From NCBI GenBank assembly GCA_030390025.1, contig CM059432.1, positions 128,838,001-128,902,000 on the forward strand: DNA of 64,000 bases. The letters are read 5' to 3'. Both the position numbers and the translations under genes were made by a program. Positions 62,270 through 64,000 of this stretch are shown piece after piece. Source of the DNA: Squalus acanthias. Lineage: Eukaryota. Below the pieces are notes generated by a model that was given only the letters and a program-made list of their open reading frames with translations, searched no databases and was not told the origin of the DNA. Numbering within the stretch: position 1 is the first letter of the stretch; each line of letters opens with the position of its first letter.

Positions 62270-64000
62270 TTTAACTTCAGTGAATGTGACCCCAGCGCTC
62301 CAAATTTGAGCTCGGATACACCCACAAGTTACAGCAATCTGATTATAGCTATGCACTGCAAGTCTGAGAAAGTTTATGGCAGCATTCAATATGCTACTGA
62401 GTAATTATTAGTTACATATGATTTATTTTTGTAACATGCTACAGTGTGTGGTGGTTAAGAACCACTAGTTCAGCCTTAACCTCTGCCAGCCACAGCTTCT
62501 CAAACAGTAGCAATTTATTTAACGGCATGTAATAACTGCACCATGAGCAGTTAAGCAAGTCAAGATGGTCTTGGGCTGATGCCATTTCAATTAACTTAAC
62601 CCACTATACACATGATTAACTGCAAGCTGTAAAGTTTCACTTCGCTTGTTTATCATGTGTCTCAATCCATTTGGCACAAATATGAATAAATCAAAATTAG
62701 ACTGGAGTCTTACACTAAAAATCAGTCGAAGTCTCAAATAACATTGTGAAAAGTAAGGATGATTCTGTTGAGTTGAGGCCAGATTAATTTGACAAATTTG
62801 CATTAATTTGGCCAAATATTTGTCTTTCCCAAAACTAATACACAACTATTAAAATTGTACTACGCAACTCAATATGATGGTAGTTCATATCTCGGCACCT
62901 TAATGTAGAAAAATTTGGATATGGTGTTTTAGAGGGAGCTTATCCACTGTAAGGAGCTTGGGTAAAACTGCTTCTACTTCGCATTGCAGCCCATTAATTA
63001 TATACATCATGATCACAAGGCCACTTACCCACAAGTCGAATTTGGAATGGACTGAAGATTCCTCATCACAAGGCTGAAAACCACGGTTCCCACCAGGCAT
63101 TCAAGCCTGGATTTTCCTATAAATACCACCTCATTTTCTTAGTAATGCAGAGTTGTGCAGCAGTCAGCAGGCACCAGCTGGACTACCTTGCAGAGTGCGC
63201 CGAGACAGATCCAGGGACCGGAAGCGAACCTTTAACATTCTAATCAAGTGTGCTCTTTGGGGTGATCTTCGACTTCCCCCCGAAACAGGCATGAAGCTGG
63301 CAGGGCTCAGGCCTTGTATAACTGCCGCCAGCAAGCTGAGGGCATGGCACCAAGCTGCAGCTCTCCGGGTGTGGGAGGGCGGGAAACGGGTCGGTTCATA
63401 GCCGAACACAGGTGGGCATGCTGCTCACCCATTTACAGGCCCGCCTGAAGATTGCATCAGGGGGGCCTTGGGCGTCCATGGAGCGGCTGAGGTGCCCCCC
63501 CCACCCCACCTCACCCCGCGCCCCACCCTCACCCCACCCCCGATTATCAACTGCCAGCCACCAGTTTTTCAGCTGAGGTGTTATTTGAAAAATGCACATG
63601 GGTGCTGTAGTATAGTGGAACATTCTCAACAGAACCTTGTGTCTAACACCATTTTGTTCCATATAGGAATTGTCTTTTTGATTGTCCAGGACATATAATT
63701 CTAACTAAGTCAACGGTCTTGATCCATTGATCTTGTTTAGCCATCTTCCACAGTCTAGATTTTCATTTAGGATGGAAGGTCTGTCTCTTCCATTAGATAA
63801 ATACCCAGCAACATGAAGGATGGCCTGCCTTGGAGCGGAGTCCTAACCAGGTCAGAACTTTGTAGAGGCATGAGAGGTGAATACAGCACATATATAAACA
63901 TAAAACAGTTTTGCTATACAGGAGGACCAACTATTCACTGCTTTGCAACAGTAACTGGGAAAAATGCCACACAAGGGATATTTGATTCCATCATCCATAA

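Noticed and set aside
63105..63640. Further MITE near the window end
   Set aside because: A TIR-like left end (GCCTGGATTTT) and GC-rich body are present, but no convincing right TIR or TSD.

Overview
This is eukaryotic, almost certainly vertebrate, genomic DNA made up largely of transposable elements. The repeat set (a SacSINE1/DeuSINE-type SINE, CR1, L2, Penelope) suggests a cartilaginous fish; this is an inference from recognised repeats, not a database result. No host protein-coding gene can be called with confidence; there is one weak promoter/exon candidate near 22.1-22.6 kb. The dominant theme is PIF/Harbinger DNA transposons. Two nearly full-length elements (6513-10735, 15484-21632) have 12-bp TIRs, 3-bp TSDs, a DDE transposase on + and a convergent 3-exon Myb/SANT-like gene on -. 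Three further coding relics and about a dozen MITE-like derivatives are present. The window also holds Penelope-like retroelements (RT + GIY-YIG) with minimal hammerhead-ribozyme motifs, two of them forming fold-back palindromes, plus two related LTRs, CR1/L2/CR1-group LINE pieces, two SINE families and two tandem arrays. The best leads are: hammerhead motifs with a compensatory stem I change; short Penelope inserts that start at the ribozyme core; a 2.3-kb (CCCCCTCTAG)n expansion inside a Harbinger end; a MITE family made by head-to-head fusion of the transposase and Myb start codons; and a Harbinger relic with nested inverted and direct repeats. I cannot claim a wholly new biological system: these are unusual variants of known element classes. 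Coordinates were read by eye and may be off by a few bases.
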